A stretch of 64,000 bases of DNA. Origin: Convolutriloba macropyga. Lineage: Eukaryota. The notes below the pieces were generated by a model, which saw only the letters and a list, made by a program, of their open reading frames with translations, was not told the DNA's origin and searched no databases. A program made the position numbers and the translations under genes. Within the stretch, counting starts at the first letter, position 1; the number at the start of each line of letters is the position of its first letter. The DNA lies in assembly GCF_964194025.1 (NCBI RefSeq), contig NC_134471.1, positions 56,234,001-56,298,000 on the forward strand. Direction: 5' to 3'. Of the stretch, positions 1 through 13,229 are shown one piece after another.

Positions 1-45
1 GCGCCGCAAGCATTGCAGCTAACAAAAATATCAAAATTTTCTCAC

Positions 46-257
46 CCTGTGTATTTCCCTGTATGCTTTGATACAATCAGTGAAACTACAAGTGACGAGA
101 GTGGTGACTACAGCAGAGACAGAGTTGGATGGGATCTGGGAGAGATCTTCACCAGACGCTATCACATATCCTTTGAAGTTCAGACCCAGAGATGCGCATT
201 TTTCTCTCAGCCCTTTCTTCCCAAAGTCGTGCAGGTCAGATCCCACGAACGCGATTT
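46..257 (-). CDS. METTL7A: METTL7/TMT1-like methyltransferase, copy A, exon 3 (gene continues beyond the left edge)
   Basis: Reads (E)IAFVGSDLHDFG...ASGEDLSQIPSNSVSAVVTTLVTCS...AYREIHR, matching the METTL7 pattern D/S-x-VVxTLVLCS...EIxR. Acceptor ttag at 258, donor gtgag at 45. 212 nt, same size as copy B exon 3. Confidence 0.88.
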
Positions 258-964
258 CTAAGATCGAGATTACAATCACTCTTTTGGTTTCCATCTTGGC
301 TAGTGTTCATGATTAAATGTTGTTGCTGCTATAGACAACTGCTATGATAACCTGCGCCAATGCGCGGACAGATAAACGCTGATAATTTTGTAAATGCTAT
401 GCAAGTATTGATTGTTTAGCTCTGTCAAGAAACCAGCACATTTTTTCTCATTTTTCTTACAAAATCCACACTTTAGAAAAATTAAAATCAGCAATTTTAC
501 CACATTTCATACACAAATTCACAAGAATTCTTACATGAATTCATCACAATACTTAGAAAATAATCAGAACCATTTCGGGACAATTCTAAAACAAATTTCA
601 TACTTAGCTTCACATTCCTCACACAGATGCTCTCATTCGATTTTTAATATACTGCTCTCCAAATTCTATGAGTGCTGAGGTTTGATAACGTTTTGAAGTC
701 ACCCTTTTTAATATAAACTGCGCAATTAATGACGATTAACTCAATTCCTTCGTATCTCATTTGCAAACAGAACTTATGTGATTGTTTTGTTTAATTCCGA
801 TTTTTTGAGGGGGCTGTAGAGTTACTTAGCCATTAATTTATAAAGTTCCATAATTTTTAAACTTCTGGCATTTAAGACTTCCGTCCTTTTAAAGCTTGTC
901 CGGACATATTTTACTTAGTAAAAAAAGTCAACTTGGGCAACAATCAATCAGGTTGTGGGCAAAC

Positions 965-1106
965 CTTTTGGGTAATACTCCAAATTGGAACCATGAGAAA
1001 CTCCGAGTTCCATTACCACGACTTCCCCCTCGGAATTGACCGGGTTCTCCATCAAAGTTGCGAAAAGCTCCTCCTTCCGACTGCGCTGCGCGGGATTGAA
1101 CACTTT
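965..1106 (-). CDS. METTL7A: METTL7/TMT1-like copy A, exon 2 (SAM-binding motif I)
   Basis: Manual translation KVFNPAQRSRKEELFATLMENPVNSEGEVVVMELGVSHGSNLEYYPK. ttag acceptor, g/gtttg donor (phase 1). 142 nt, as in copy B. Confidence 0.88.
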
Positions 1107-1148
1107 CTAATTCAATTAACGACGTTTTAGGACCCAAATATTGAATAT

Positions 1149-2392
1149 AACCAATTAAGGTCGCGCGAATTGCTCTCAGACGACCAGCGAGCGGTTGGCG
1201 TCTTCAGCCGCTGTTTAGTGAGTCTAGCTTTAGCTTGATTCGACTGTTCAACTCTTAGTTTTCTAGCCCTGTTAGTAAAAAAAAAACAAATAAAACTGAT
1301 ACTTACAAAAGTTGCAAATATTGCAAGAATTAAAAGAAAAGCTTCCAGATTTCGCAGTGAAAATTTTTAAAACCAATTTTGGTTCTGGAGTTATGTCAAG
1401 TAACCCATCTGCAATACTTGAAAAGCTTCGGTGGCCAGTAATGATCGTTAAACTCGGAAAAGGACAACATATACAAAAAAATTGAGAACAATCGCAAATT
1501 TCATTGTCTCAAGAGACTATCCAGTATCCCTATTTCGAGCTTTAAATAGTTTCACTGGCTCATAAAGGTCCATAAACTTGGAACATGATAATAATTTCCC
1601 GAAAATTTGAAAAATTAAATTTTATCAAAAAATTGCTTAAGCTGAAGTCATTCAAAGTTGATAATCATTCCATTAACTCTAGAAACTATGCCACAGCTTA
1701 TCATCAAACCTTGGATGAGGTCCCTAGTACCCTGGAACCAGAAAATGATGAAAAGTTCAAAAAAGATTCGAAAAAATTGTGAAAAAATTGCAAATATTTT
1801 TTAAAAATTGCTGATATTTAAATCTGGAAAAACATTCCATTGCATTTAGAAACTATACAGTAACCTATTGCCAAACCCTAGAGGAGGTTCGCGGGCTTTT
1901 GAGGCTGGTCAAACCTAAAAACTGACAAACACTTTAAAAACTTGGAAAAAAGCAAGTTTCATATAAAAAATTGCTAAAATTTGTAATATTAAAAGTTGAA
2001 AGCTATTCCATGGCAATTCCGCGTTTTTAGAGATCGGTTGTTCGAACGGAGCCCGGGAGCGTGGGGTGGGGGTGTACCGTGGGCTGATGTGGAGGGGGCA
2101 ACAGCGTGGTGGGAGGCGTGGGAGCAATAGTGGGGGGTCAACAGGGGGGGGTGTCTTCAACCTCTAAGAACCGCCCTTCACATCATAAGTAAAGTCTACA
2201 AAACAGTTTGAGCTGAAACAGAGCTGAAAAGCTCTAAGAAATCTTAATGCCCGCTGAGCGCTACCTGATTATCCTTTTTGCGGACGAAAAGTCAAAAGCG
2301 TCAGACGAAAAGTCGGTCAAGCGAAAAATCGCATAAAAAGACCGACAGGACTAATATCATTGCTTCAAACTTCGTTTGAGAGCAATTAATAA
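1149..2392 (-). mobile_element. Non-autonomous Helentron/DINE-1-like element, family A
   Basis: Subterminal inverted repeats AATTGCTCTCAGACGA (1168-1183) and TCGTTTGAGAGCAATT (2372-2387); the latter is part of a hairpin at 2359-2386. No TSD, A/T-rich ends, internal G-rich tract. Related copies elsewhere in the window. Confidence 0.7.
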
Positions 2393-4389
2393 GACCTTTT
2401 TTCGACTAAACAAAACGCCTCACGCAAGTCTGTGCGTGCCGCATAAAGTTTTGACTAAAAGTCAGTGGTAACTTCAAATTTTTTTTTCTGAGAGCTTGAA
2501 ATGAATTTCAACATTCAAACAATGAGTGCTGTAAGAAGTGAAGCGTAAAAATTAACTTCGTTATAACAAAAACCTCAACAGAAAAACACAGCCGGAAGAA
2601 AACCGGAAAATTGGCAGCGCATTCAATTTTCGTCAAGTAAATGTCGTGGCATTTTTGCGTCCAAATTGTGTACAAGAAAGCGCCGCAAAAAATAAAAAAC
2701 AGTGAAAGAATTGGTGTTAATTCCGTAGCAATTAGCCGATGATCACTTTACTACAAGACCAAACTGAGTTGAAAGACACAAGTTTTTAAATTCCAAACGA
2801 AATTAAAAACTGGAAAAAAATTATTATAAGATTTTGATGGCCAAGAGCATTCAGCTGTTAATATTACATGGTCAATGCTCAAAAAATCGAGTTTACAGTC
2901 CGTTTTGTCATACATTTTCACGACCCATGTTTTAACATCAGCGTGTGTGAGCACTCACGTTTTACAAAACGTAATTTTTGGGCTAGCGTGCAAACTTATG
3001 ACAATCTCGTCTTGAATTTCCTTGCCACAATGCACCAGATTCTACTCTATGAGTATCGGTGTTCAAATAACTAAGATAGTGCTAATTAGACCAAATGAAA
3101 GAAAACCCAATTGGTACTCAATTTCAAAAATTTCCCTTTCAATACTAAATGCGTGAAATACTTTCATCATACTTTCCCTCTCATTACTTTCATCGTGAAA
3201 ATTGGTATACGAATCGTGAAAACTTGGAACAGAATTGAAATTTGTTTTTTTTCGGACATTGGCCACGTAATGGCTTCTCAGCAACAAAACAACATTACGT
3301 TGGGGATCTACGAAAAAATTTGTTTAAGTTTGATATTAAAGTAAATGGTAAAAATGGCAGCAGCATAACACTAAATGCAATAAATCACTCCGCTTTGGTC
3401 CAACAATTTTAAGACAATTGCTGAAAGGTGACACGTTTAGCATAATACAAAAATCCAGCCGTTTTCCAGATTCTGGTAAAGTAAGCTTTTTCTTAAAACG
3501 GCCAAACGACACCAGAGCACCCCTAATATTGATTAAACAAAAAATACTTTGGTTTTTGTTGAAATTCAAGTTTCATTCAAATGCGAAGTTGACTTGATTC
3601 ATATAAAGGAAACATTTAACTGAAAGCTATTTGAAAACACTAAGACAGTAAACATAACTAACAAAGCGTCAGAAATGAAATCGAAAAATTGTTCTCGAAA
3701 GAAACTGACAAGCAAGAATTTTGCGAAAAAAAGACGCTTGAGTTTGCAATAATTGTTTCATATCTCGGTCGAGAGCAATTATTAAAAACTTGAGATTGGA
3801 AAAACTCTAGCATTTTAAATTTGCAAGGAAATATCAACTAGTCCCTCTAGTGGAATCAATTTTACCGAGTTTTTCAAACATTTGATCACCTTTAGGTTGC
3901 AGTCACCTTTAAGATTTCTATGCTTAAACATATATGGTTCACTACGGATACTTCTGACTCCAAAAATAAAAAAAAAACAAATTATGTCAAACATTTTTCT
4001 GATCTTATCTACCTATCTCTGGATATTATTGTTCAGGTTATTTTCATACAACAATTTAACACCATTTCAGCGTTGAAAAATGCAAAAAAAAATCCGATTT
4101 CGAAACTCGTGGAAAATTTTTAAAGGAGAATTGTTAACGGATCAATCCATTGGGTATCAAAGACGATGGTAGCTCGGCAGTTTCCAGTGCTTTTCAGGGC
4201 TAAAATGCTTCAAGGTTTTATCGTTGACAAAGCTTTCAGCTGCCCATTTTGAGTATCTCCAGATACTTTGTATACTGATGACAAACTGGCAAACACCGCA
4301 TAAAGGCAGATTCTCGCGATTTCAAATATTAACTAAAATTTCCAACCTCTTACAAAGATACTTAAGCCAGACTCTAAAGCTGTTCTTAC

Positions 4390-4581
4390 CTGGAAGTCAG
4401 GCATTAAGTCAAATTCCAACTTCTTCTGTCTCTCTGGCCAAACAATGAAATAAAAAGAAGCACATCCAACAGCTGCTAGGAATGCCGTCTGCCGGTTGCA
4501 GCTCTTTACAAGGTTCACAATCAAATCTGGTGCTGTTTTCGCAAAGGACTCAACTTGGTTCCACATAATTTCCAACATCAT
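4390..4581 (-). CDS. METTL7A: METTL7/TMT1-like copy A, exon 1 (N-terminal hydrophobic anchor)
   Basis: MMLEIMW...RQTAFLAAVGCASFYFIVWPERQK...MPDFQ then cag/gtaag donor. Clear paralog of 32206-32370. Confidence 0.8.
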
Positions 4582-4984
4582 TTTTTCGCCTAAAATTAGA
4601 TAATCTTCGTTAAAATCTATGCGTCTAAAGTTCGAAAATAGAACTGTAACAAACTAAAGGTAAATTTTAGCTTTCTGGTCCGCGGCATCAAAAATTGCGA
4701 AAATGTATGACTTTTTCCGACAATTTTTTTCTAAATAATTTTCTACATAATATTGGAATTAGACGTTTCCTACGGCTTGGCTTGTCTTTGGGCGCCATTT
4801 ACACTTTGGCTTCCAATACTTTTTTAAGACGAGTTAACCGACCCAAAGCATCAAATATATTTATAGATACACAATGCAAATAGTTATAGGTTTTAATAGA
4901 TTTTTAAATTACACATCTTTCGCGCTCTTTCACAATGTTATCAACACTGTCAAGTAAACGATAAGCCCCCTAGTCAATACCAGA

Positions 4985-5680
4985 TTGTGTCTTGTCGTGC
5001 AAAAATGGCTATCGCGAAAGATCTTGCAAAACAATTATTGCAAGTTCATTCCAGTTGAGCACTGCTCTTATTGACTGTTATAGACGCGTTATTGTTCTTT
5101 TAGCGCAGAAATTTCCCAAAATGTATTTGAGTGAAGTTTAAGCAGAGAATTTGAAACATCAAGAAATTTACCGCAGACATCTGTATTTTATTAAAGTACA
5201 TAAATTCTGTCAAATAGGAGCAAACTTTAAGGTTTATTTGAGCAAAATAAATGAAAAGAAAGAACTCCTCAAAACCTTCGAACGGTTCGGTTATCATTTT
5301 GATTTTCCCCAATTTTATATTTCAATAATATTTCTTCGGAAAAAATTGAAGTTGTTGATGTTGATATTTTTAACTATCATTTACTTTTTTGCATTTAATC
5401 ATTCCAATTTTGCAAAACATGTCATCTTTTAAATCAACTCATGTTTTAGTTTGCGCAGCCAAAAAATTGCTGTTATATTGTTTGTAAGCTTTCGTTTGTC
5501 TCATTCTTATCATGTTCAATCATGTTCCGTTTAATTGCGTATTTGCATGACAAACTTTTATCTTGCAAGATGAAAAATTTTGCACAAGGTTTGGGAAGAA
5601 AATCTTGCAAGATGATGTATCGTCTTGCCAGAATCTTGCAGGCTCTTGCAAGATTACCATTCGATGACGACACGGGGCTA
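4985..5680. mobile_element. Degenerate MITE-like DNA element rich in TCTTGCAAGA motifs
   Basis: Repeated (tc)ttgcaag(a) motifs near both ends and loosely inverted termini. A similar motif cluster occurs at about 27020-27180. Confidence 0.35.
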
Positions 5681-8033
5681 TGCGTTATGGATATTTTGAC
5701 AAACAAAATTTTCCTAATTTTTAATTTTAAAAGGTAAAAAAAATTCCCTCCGGTAACGTTAAGCTTAAAAAAAAACATTTTTTTTGTCAAAAAATTTGAA
5801 AGCCTGATTTTTAAGACTGCCTGTTTTTACACAACCCCATGATTCTTTAAATCATCCTGCATAATCTCGTAATCTTGTACATTAGTAATAACGGAAAACC
5901 GTTTTAAATTAAAAACTGAAAAGAATGATATCTCAGAAGTGAAACCAAGAAACTTCACCCAAAGTGGAATCTTTATTTGAAAAACTAGAAAAAGTTGCAA
6001 AAACTTTGATGTATTATAATACCCTGTAGAAAATCTGAAATTATTGGGGCAGAAAACTTGGGCCCTCTAGTGAGGAAAAACACTATTTTCCTCTAAAACA
6101 TTATGCATCAATCATCGTGTACATCAAAGAAATTGAAGTCCTTTTTAAGTTGCTTTTTGAGTTTAAAATCAACTGTTCAATCGGTTCGAGAAAATCACTA
6201 AAATTGTCATTAATAGTCGGTTATTTACCTAGATCCCTCCTCTGTAAAATTAGAAGACCAATGTTTTTCATTTGCAGAAAAATTTTAATTTTAAAACAGT
6301 AAAAAAATGTTCCTCGAATTTACTTCAGGGAGTAAAACGAGTTAATTTTGACGTTTTATCAAATAAAGTCTACAAAATGTCTCATAAAAGATTTGAGTTT
6401 CTTTAATCTTTCAAGGATCATGAACAATTCAAACTGTCAAGATTTTACGTGACAGAGAAGGCGTAATGGTTGCTCAACGCAGATAGGTCTGCAGGCAAAA
6501 AACAGATGCCACAAGCAAAAAATACTTACGAACAGCGAATTCTCTAAATTATAAACTGATAAACTGGGTCAGAACACCAGCAACTCAATAATAAAGCTTT
6601 AAGAAAATTCGGAGAGAAAAAAAATTAAATGAAAAACCCCGTCGCAGATTAATGCCGAGTGGAATAAAGAATTCTTCAGTTGGTTTTTTGATGCAATGAC
6701 AAACTGCTATGTGCAAAAAAGCTCCGTATGTCGCATTGGAGTTGTGAATTACTACAAACAGAAGGTTTTAGTCGTTTTTTGGCTGTATGACTTGAAGTCT
6801 TGTTTTCTTTAACATTCGAATGCTATCCGTTGCTGTTTTCACCTCATTCTAATTTTTTTACTCAAACCTTTGTCTAGTATAGCTCAACATCATTACTATC
6901 AATTGCTATGTAGTAATTGGCACATAATAGGAACAAGAGGCACGTAATTTCACCAGAATTTGTTAGTGAGTTCCGTTCTAAAGTCTTAACACGGGCAAAA
7001 AATATTCAAATCGTATTTTGCCGACGCTTTTTCTGCCGACTGAGGATTTATCACCATGAAGAACGTTGCGCATATAAGATATGGAGGGAAACTATGAGCA
7101 ATATGGTGATTAACGCAATTAAGAGATAATATAAGATAAAAAAGATCTCTAAAAAAGCCAATATGTTCATAGCAACTGACTGCAATGCTGTTCAGGTGTC
7201 TAATTGTTTAATGAAGGAAAAGAACATAATTGATAAAAGCAATGTACGCCAAACTTGTTCTAGCCTTTTTAGCGCAACTGAAAAAATGTTTTGGCAGTTG
7301 TCAGAAAAACATTGTTACAAGAAATTAAGACAATTAAGTCAATGGTTAAGACAATTAAGACAACTGCAGACAATTGGTCGATTGGAAATTCATAGGTTTT
7401 ATGCAATTTTGTAGTTTGATAGATTGTTTGAATTCAATGAGGGGACTTATGGGCAACCAATGATGTTATCGCTGCAAAACTTTACTCCCGTGACAACGTT
7501 TTTCAACTCTTTTGGGCTATTCGGTTTCGCTGACCACCCACTTATCTAAAAATGCTAATTAAAAAATTCATCTACATAGTATTCCGAGACACGTGTAGAA
7601 GCACATTTTTAAATGTAAAAAAATGTTAAATGCCATTTTGATTCTGAATTTCTCACTCGAATAAATTAAGGTACTTGATCTGTGCAATGCCATATCAGAC
7701 TTTCCAATATAAAGTATCATTTAAAAAACTTGCGTGCGAGCAAGGTCGAGTTTCGAGAAAGCAAGGTTATGTGTCACTGCTTAAGTCATTTTAAAATTTT
7801 CACTGACATCTAGAACAACTACTCGGTTCCTAACTAATGGCCGATACCCATAGTGATTTCATTAAAACAAAGTGCCAAAAATCAAACATGTCCATTAGGA
7901 GCCAGTGCCCCTGCCGATAGATTTTAATTACTATTTCGGTAACTTGTAGAAATTGTAGACGACAGCATGTGACGTATCATAATACTGTATCTTTTATTTT
8001 AAATCACTATAATCTGATGTTTTATAGTATATA

Positions 8034-11000
8034 ATAACAAAGAGGCTCGCTAATTTGCGTTTGCACATAATGTTCCGACACCCGCTCATCCACGTTTTGA
8101 TTTAAAAGTCTACCAATGAGGAAAAGATAGGAAACTTTCCAAAACTTCACATATCGTTCAATAAACAACTGTAATAAAAAGCTGGATTAGAGGACCGATC
8201 AGAATTGTCATTAATGAGAGAATCAGACTGAACAAACGAAAATCAAATAATAGCAGATATTAATTACGAAATTCGATGTGTTTATTTGAATAAAAACACT
8301 AAACAGAAGAAAAGGGACTCAGACAAAATCTGATATAAACAACGTGTACTTCATTAGATATCAGCCCTGCCAATAACAAAACTCGGTAACAGGTCGACAA
8401 AGAAGAGCAAAAAGGGCAAAGTTCAAAAATGTAAACAACCGTTTTTGTAAACAATCAATTTCAAATAGATTAAAACCATTACGTATCAACTAAGCCCATT
8501 AAAAAGGTTCATTCATGATTCAAAGGAAGCAATTAGGACCTGTCATTATTCATAAGACTACAAAAAACACAGCAAACACAAAAACCAATATAAAAAATGC
8601 GTATTTACTAGGCTCAATAAGAAGGTTAGTTTATACCTCCTAGCTAATAGGAATCAATTGAGACCTGTCTTTTTCCATATGTCAGACGACTATAAAAAGA
8701 ACTGAAAAACGAAAAAAAAATCAATTTGATTCGACAGGAAAGCGGCATCACAACCGTTAAAAGCATAAGCTGTTGATGCAAACATTAAATGGCTTAATTG
8801 CACTGTTTTTCACAGCCGATTGAGTTACCCCATTAGTGTGTCAATGCAAAACGGAAACAAAAGCTCAGAATTGGCAAATATCTAATTTCTCACATTTTTT
8901 GTCACAAACCTCATTGCAAAAAAACCATAAATTAAAAAAATATAAAGATTGGTTCTCGTTTCACTAGAAAATGGATGCAACCTGTCGTTGAAGAAATCAA
9001 GCTATAAAATTAACAGAAAAAAAGAGTTTCAAAGCTTAAAAATCCAACATTTTTCTTACATTGTTTTTCAAAAAATTTTCAATAATTCAAACAATAAGTT
9101 TTCATTTTAAGGCAGAAACAAATTAACTTGCAACTGCTTAAGAAGCCAGATGTGCTTGTCTTCAGGTGGATCATATCATTAGACGACAAAAAACTTACTG
9201 ACAGCAATCCAAAATTCACAAACAAGTTACGCAAACCGCATTGTTGAAGCCATTAAAACCAAGCTATTGAAAACCATTTAAAACTTCAAGTTGACAAAAA
9301 GGATATGAGTTTTTCTCTTGCGTCTCCTTTGATTTTAAACGTTTGTTTGAAAAAGTTTTTCAAAAAATAGCAAAGGAAAAACAAATACAGACCAGTAATA
9401 GTAAGTTTTAAAAACGTCAGTCAAAACAAAACCAACAAGGCAATTTTTGTTTGGAGCACTATAACGTTGATGAGCCCTCTCAATATTGACACTAAGTTAC
9501 TTGTTGACGACAAGGGACAAACTGGGAAGTACTAAAGTATTTACTTGAAAATCAGTGAACCATTAGCTAAAAACTGATATCAATGAAAAGATTTATTTAC
9601 ACGACCACGAAAGCAATTGACGATCCTAATTGTTGAGAAAAAGCCGTAAGAAAACAAAAAGAACGACAATTAGAGGTAAACAAAAATGTAATAAATTTTG
9701 AGAGAGAACGTTTTCGCAGCCGTTAAACTAAGCTATTCACTGAAATCTCTACATATGCCATTTTGCGAATTCTTTCAACGCCTATTGGAGCTATCTTTAA
9801 TGTTGTAATTTGTTAAGAGAACAAAATGCAGCCTAAATAGAGGAAAATGTGCAAAAATCAAACACCTTTTAGGAATTTTTATGGAAAGAAAGCCAAGAAC
9901 CATTAGTTAAAAAAAACCACCAAGAAGAGTATTTTTTTTTGCTTCACTTGCAAGAAAATTAACCGTGTATATGTTAAGAATAACCTACATTAGGACAAAA
10001 AAAAACAATAAAAGGCAAACTTCCACTGGAATTTTTTCTTGTAACAAATATATCGAAACTCCTGAGAGGCATCAGACAACAACCTTGAAGCACCGCATAG
10101 GTTCCAATTGAACCCAATTGGACAACACTCAAAGCAGCAGAAAATTTGACAAATAAAGGCAAAAGAAAATAAGACAAATGAAGTTTGCGGAAACACATTG
10201 CCAAAGCGATGAAAACTATGAGTTTTTCTCTGATGACATAATATATATTCATTAGGCTTGATTTTAAAGTAAAAAAAATATTCAATAACTGTGTCTGAAT
10301 TTGAAATGATTCTCGTCAGAAGACAAAAATGCAAAAAAATTTGGAGAACTTGCCACATCCGAGTAATCAGTGATTGTAAGGTTCCACGATGAGTCTAAAT
10401 ATAGTCCCGATTTTGCTGCGACAAAAACAGTGAATTATTCCATACGTGTGCAAAAAAAATTAATCAGCAAATCAATTATTTCAAGCCAAAAAAAGTGACG
10501 CATTTTGTAAACCACTAATTTTATATTGATTAAAACCAAAACATATCAACTCAGCTCATTAAAAATTTAATTCAAGCTTCATAGAAAGCAATTAGGACAT
10601 GTTATTATCCATATGACTAAAAAAATACGGCAAAAACAAAAAACCATTATAAAAAAGAAATTCGTATCTACTAAGCTCTTAAAGAAGGTTAGTTTATACC
10701 TCCTAGTTAATAGGAATCAATTGAGATCTGTTATTATCCATAATATTTCAGACGACTATAAAAAGAACTGAATAACCAAAAAAAAAACAATTTATTTCGA
10801 CAGGAAAGCGGCATCACAACCGTTAAAAGCATATAGTTTTCATGCAAAAATGGTTTTGCAGGTTTTCACAGGTTTGAGTTACCCCATTAGTGTGTCAATG
10901 CAAAAAGGAAACAAAAACTCAGATTGGCAAATATTTAAATTCGCACATTTTTTGTCACAAATTTCATTGCAAAAAACCATAAATTGAAAAAAATATATAA

Positions 11001-13146
11001 AGATTGGATCTCGTTTCACTAGAAAATGGATGCAGCCTGTCGTAGCAGAAATCAAGCTATAAAATTAACAGAAAAAAGATAGTGTCAAAGCTTAAAAATC
11101 CAACGTTTTTCTTACATTGTTTTTCAAAATATTTTCAATAACTCAAACAGTAAGTTTTCAACTTAAGGCAGAAACAGATTAACCTGCAACTGCTTAAGTA
11201 GCCAGATGTGCTTGTTTCGAGGGGGACCATATCATCAGACGACAAAAAACTGACAGCAATCCAAACTTCAAACAAATTACGCAAACCGCAGTGTTGAAGC
11301 CATTAAAACAAAGCCATTGAAAAATCAAGTTGAAAGCCATTAAAACTTCAAGTTGACAAAAAGGATATGAGTTTTTCTCTTGCGTCTCCTTTAATTTTTA
11401 ATGTTTGTTTGAAAGGCTTTTCTCAAAAAAATAGCAAAGGAAAAACAAATACAGTCCAGTATCAAAAACTCGAAATTCTTACAAAATTACAAGTTTTAGA
11501 AACGTCAGTCAAAACAAAACCAACAAAGCAATTTTTGTTTGTGGCGCTATAACGTTGATGAGCCCTCACAATAATCACACTAAGCTACTTGTTGAAGACA
11601 AAGGACAAATTGGGAAAAACAAAAGTATTTTGTAAAGTCAGTAAAACTTTGGCTAAAAACTGAAATCAATAAAATGATTCATTTAAACAACCATGAAAAC
11701 AATTGACGCTTCTAAGTGTCGAGAAAATGCCCTAAGACAATGAAAAGAACAACAATTAGAGGCCAACATTAATTGCAATAAAGTTTGAGAACATTTTCGC
11801 AGCCGTTAAAACTAAGCTATTCGTTAAAATCTCTACATATGCTGTTTTGCGAATTCTTTCAATGCCAATTGGAGCTATCCTTTATATTATAAGTTGATAA
11901 GGGAACAAATTGCAACCTAAATAGAGGCAAATGTGCAAAAATCACTTACCTTTTGAGAAGTCTTTTGGTAAGAAAGCCAAGAAACCATTAGTTCAAAATA
12001 AATCCACAATGAAGAGTATTTTTTTGGTTCACTTGGAAGAAATTTGGCCCTGTATATGTTAAGACTAAACTACCTTAGAAAACTCAAAATAAAAAATTGG
12101 CAAACTTCCACTGATATTTTCTCGTAACAAATATATTGAAAGTCCTAAGAGGCATTAGACAACAATCTAAAACATCGCATTGGTTCCTAAAGAACCCAAT
12201 TGGACAACAAAAAGTCAAAAAGCAGATTCAAACTTTGACAAATAAAAGCAAAACAAAATAAGACAATTGAAGTTTACGGAAACACATTGTCAAAGCCAAA
12301 AAACCTATGAGTTTTTCTCTGAAGACAATGTATTCATTTGGCTTCATTTTAAAGTAATTAAGATATTTCATTAACTGAGTCTTAAATTGAAATCATTCTC
12401 GGGAGAAATCAACATAAAAGACAAAAGTGGGAAAAAAATGTTGAAGAACGCGCCACCTCCGAGTAATTTATGATTGTAAGTATCCCCGATGAGTCTAAAT
12501 AAACCCCCAACTTTGCTGCGACAAAAACAATGAATTTTTCCAAACGTTTGCAAAAAAAAGATGAATTAGCGAAACAATTATTTCAAACCAAAAATAATTG
12601 ATGCATTTTTTCCATATTTATCGAGTTAATTTTTCGAAAAACCGGCAAAATTATAATTCCAGAAGACTAGAGGACATGGAAGTAATTAAAAATTTTGACA
12701 GTAGATGCTAGGTCTCTAATGCCGGCATATTGAAACACAGGGGGTTAAAGAAAAGCGTATTTGAAGCCATATTTGAAAAAATTAGCAAAAATTTTAGCCA
12801 GAAGACTCGGATACAACCGATCGACAAGCCTCCAAACTTAATAGTAACACCAATAACATGTTTGTTAACAATTTTAACAAATTTGAGCAAAATGGACAAA
12901 AATTTGTTGAAAATTACAGAAACATAAAACAACGGAATTTCGTCTACTATTCACAAAACTTGAAACCTCAATAACTCCCTGTAAAATACGAAAATAAAGA
13001 AAATCAAGAAAATTTTACGCTGGACGGGATTTCTATGATACCAGTCTCAACTATCTACGATATATCGAGCGGCCAAGATTGACTGAACAAAAATAACCGT
13101 TTGAATATATAGTTCCTCTCCCCACAATGGGTCGGAACAATTAGTA
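8034..13146 (-). mobile_element. Non-autonomous Helentron/DINE-1-like element, family B, with an internal duplication of about 2.06 kb
   Basis: One end reads AACAAAGAGGCTCG..hairpin..TAATGTTCCGACAC (8036-8081). The other end reads GGGTCGGAACAATTA (about 13129-13143), an inverted subTIR within a degenerate hairpin. Homologous to the 18368 and 34017 copies. Confidence 0.7.
8445..12595. repeat. Diverged tandem duplication (about 8445-10500 vs 10503-12595)
   Basis: Colinear matches such as AGAAGGTTAGTTTATACCTCCTAG (8620, 10683) and TTTTGCTGCGACAAAAACA (10411, 12511). Confidence 0.85.
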
Positions 13147-13229
13147 TAATAGTTCATTTGTCGCCATATCCCACACTGTAAGGCATATTTTACATGTATT
13201 CAGATACAATTTTTGGAATTAAAGAGTTA

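Noticed and set aside
1915-2160. Pro-rich ORFs (also 34994-35191)
   Set aside because: By-products of the G-run tracts in family-A elements.
2400-3600. Possible DNA-transposase remnants here and at about 6400-7460 and 34560-34930
   Set aside because: Only vague coding-like texture; no diagnostic motif could be read.
9974-10358. ORFs of 103 and 122 aa
   Set aside because: They lie inside the non-coding family-B element, are F/I/L-biased from T-skew, and are not preserved in the duplicate unit.
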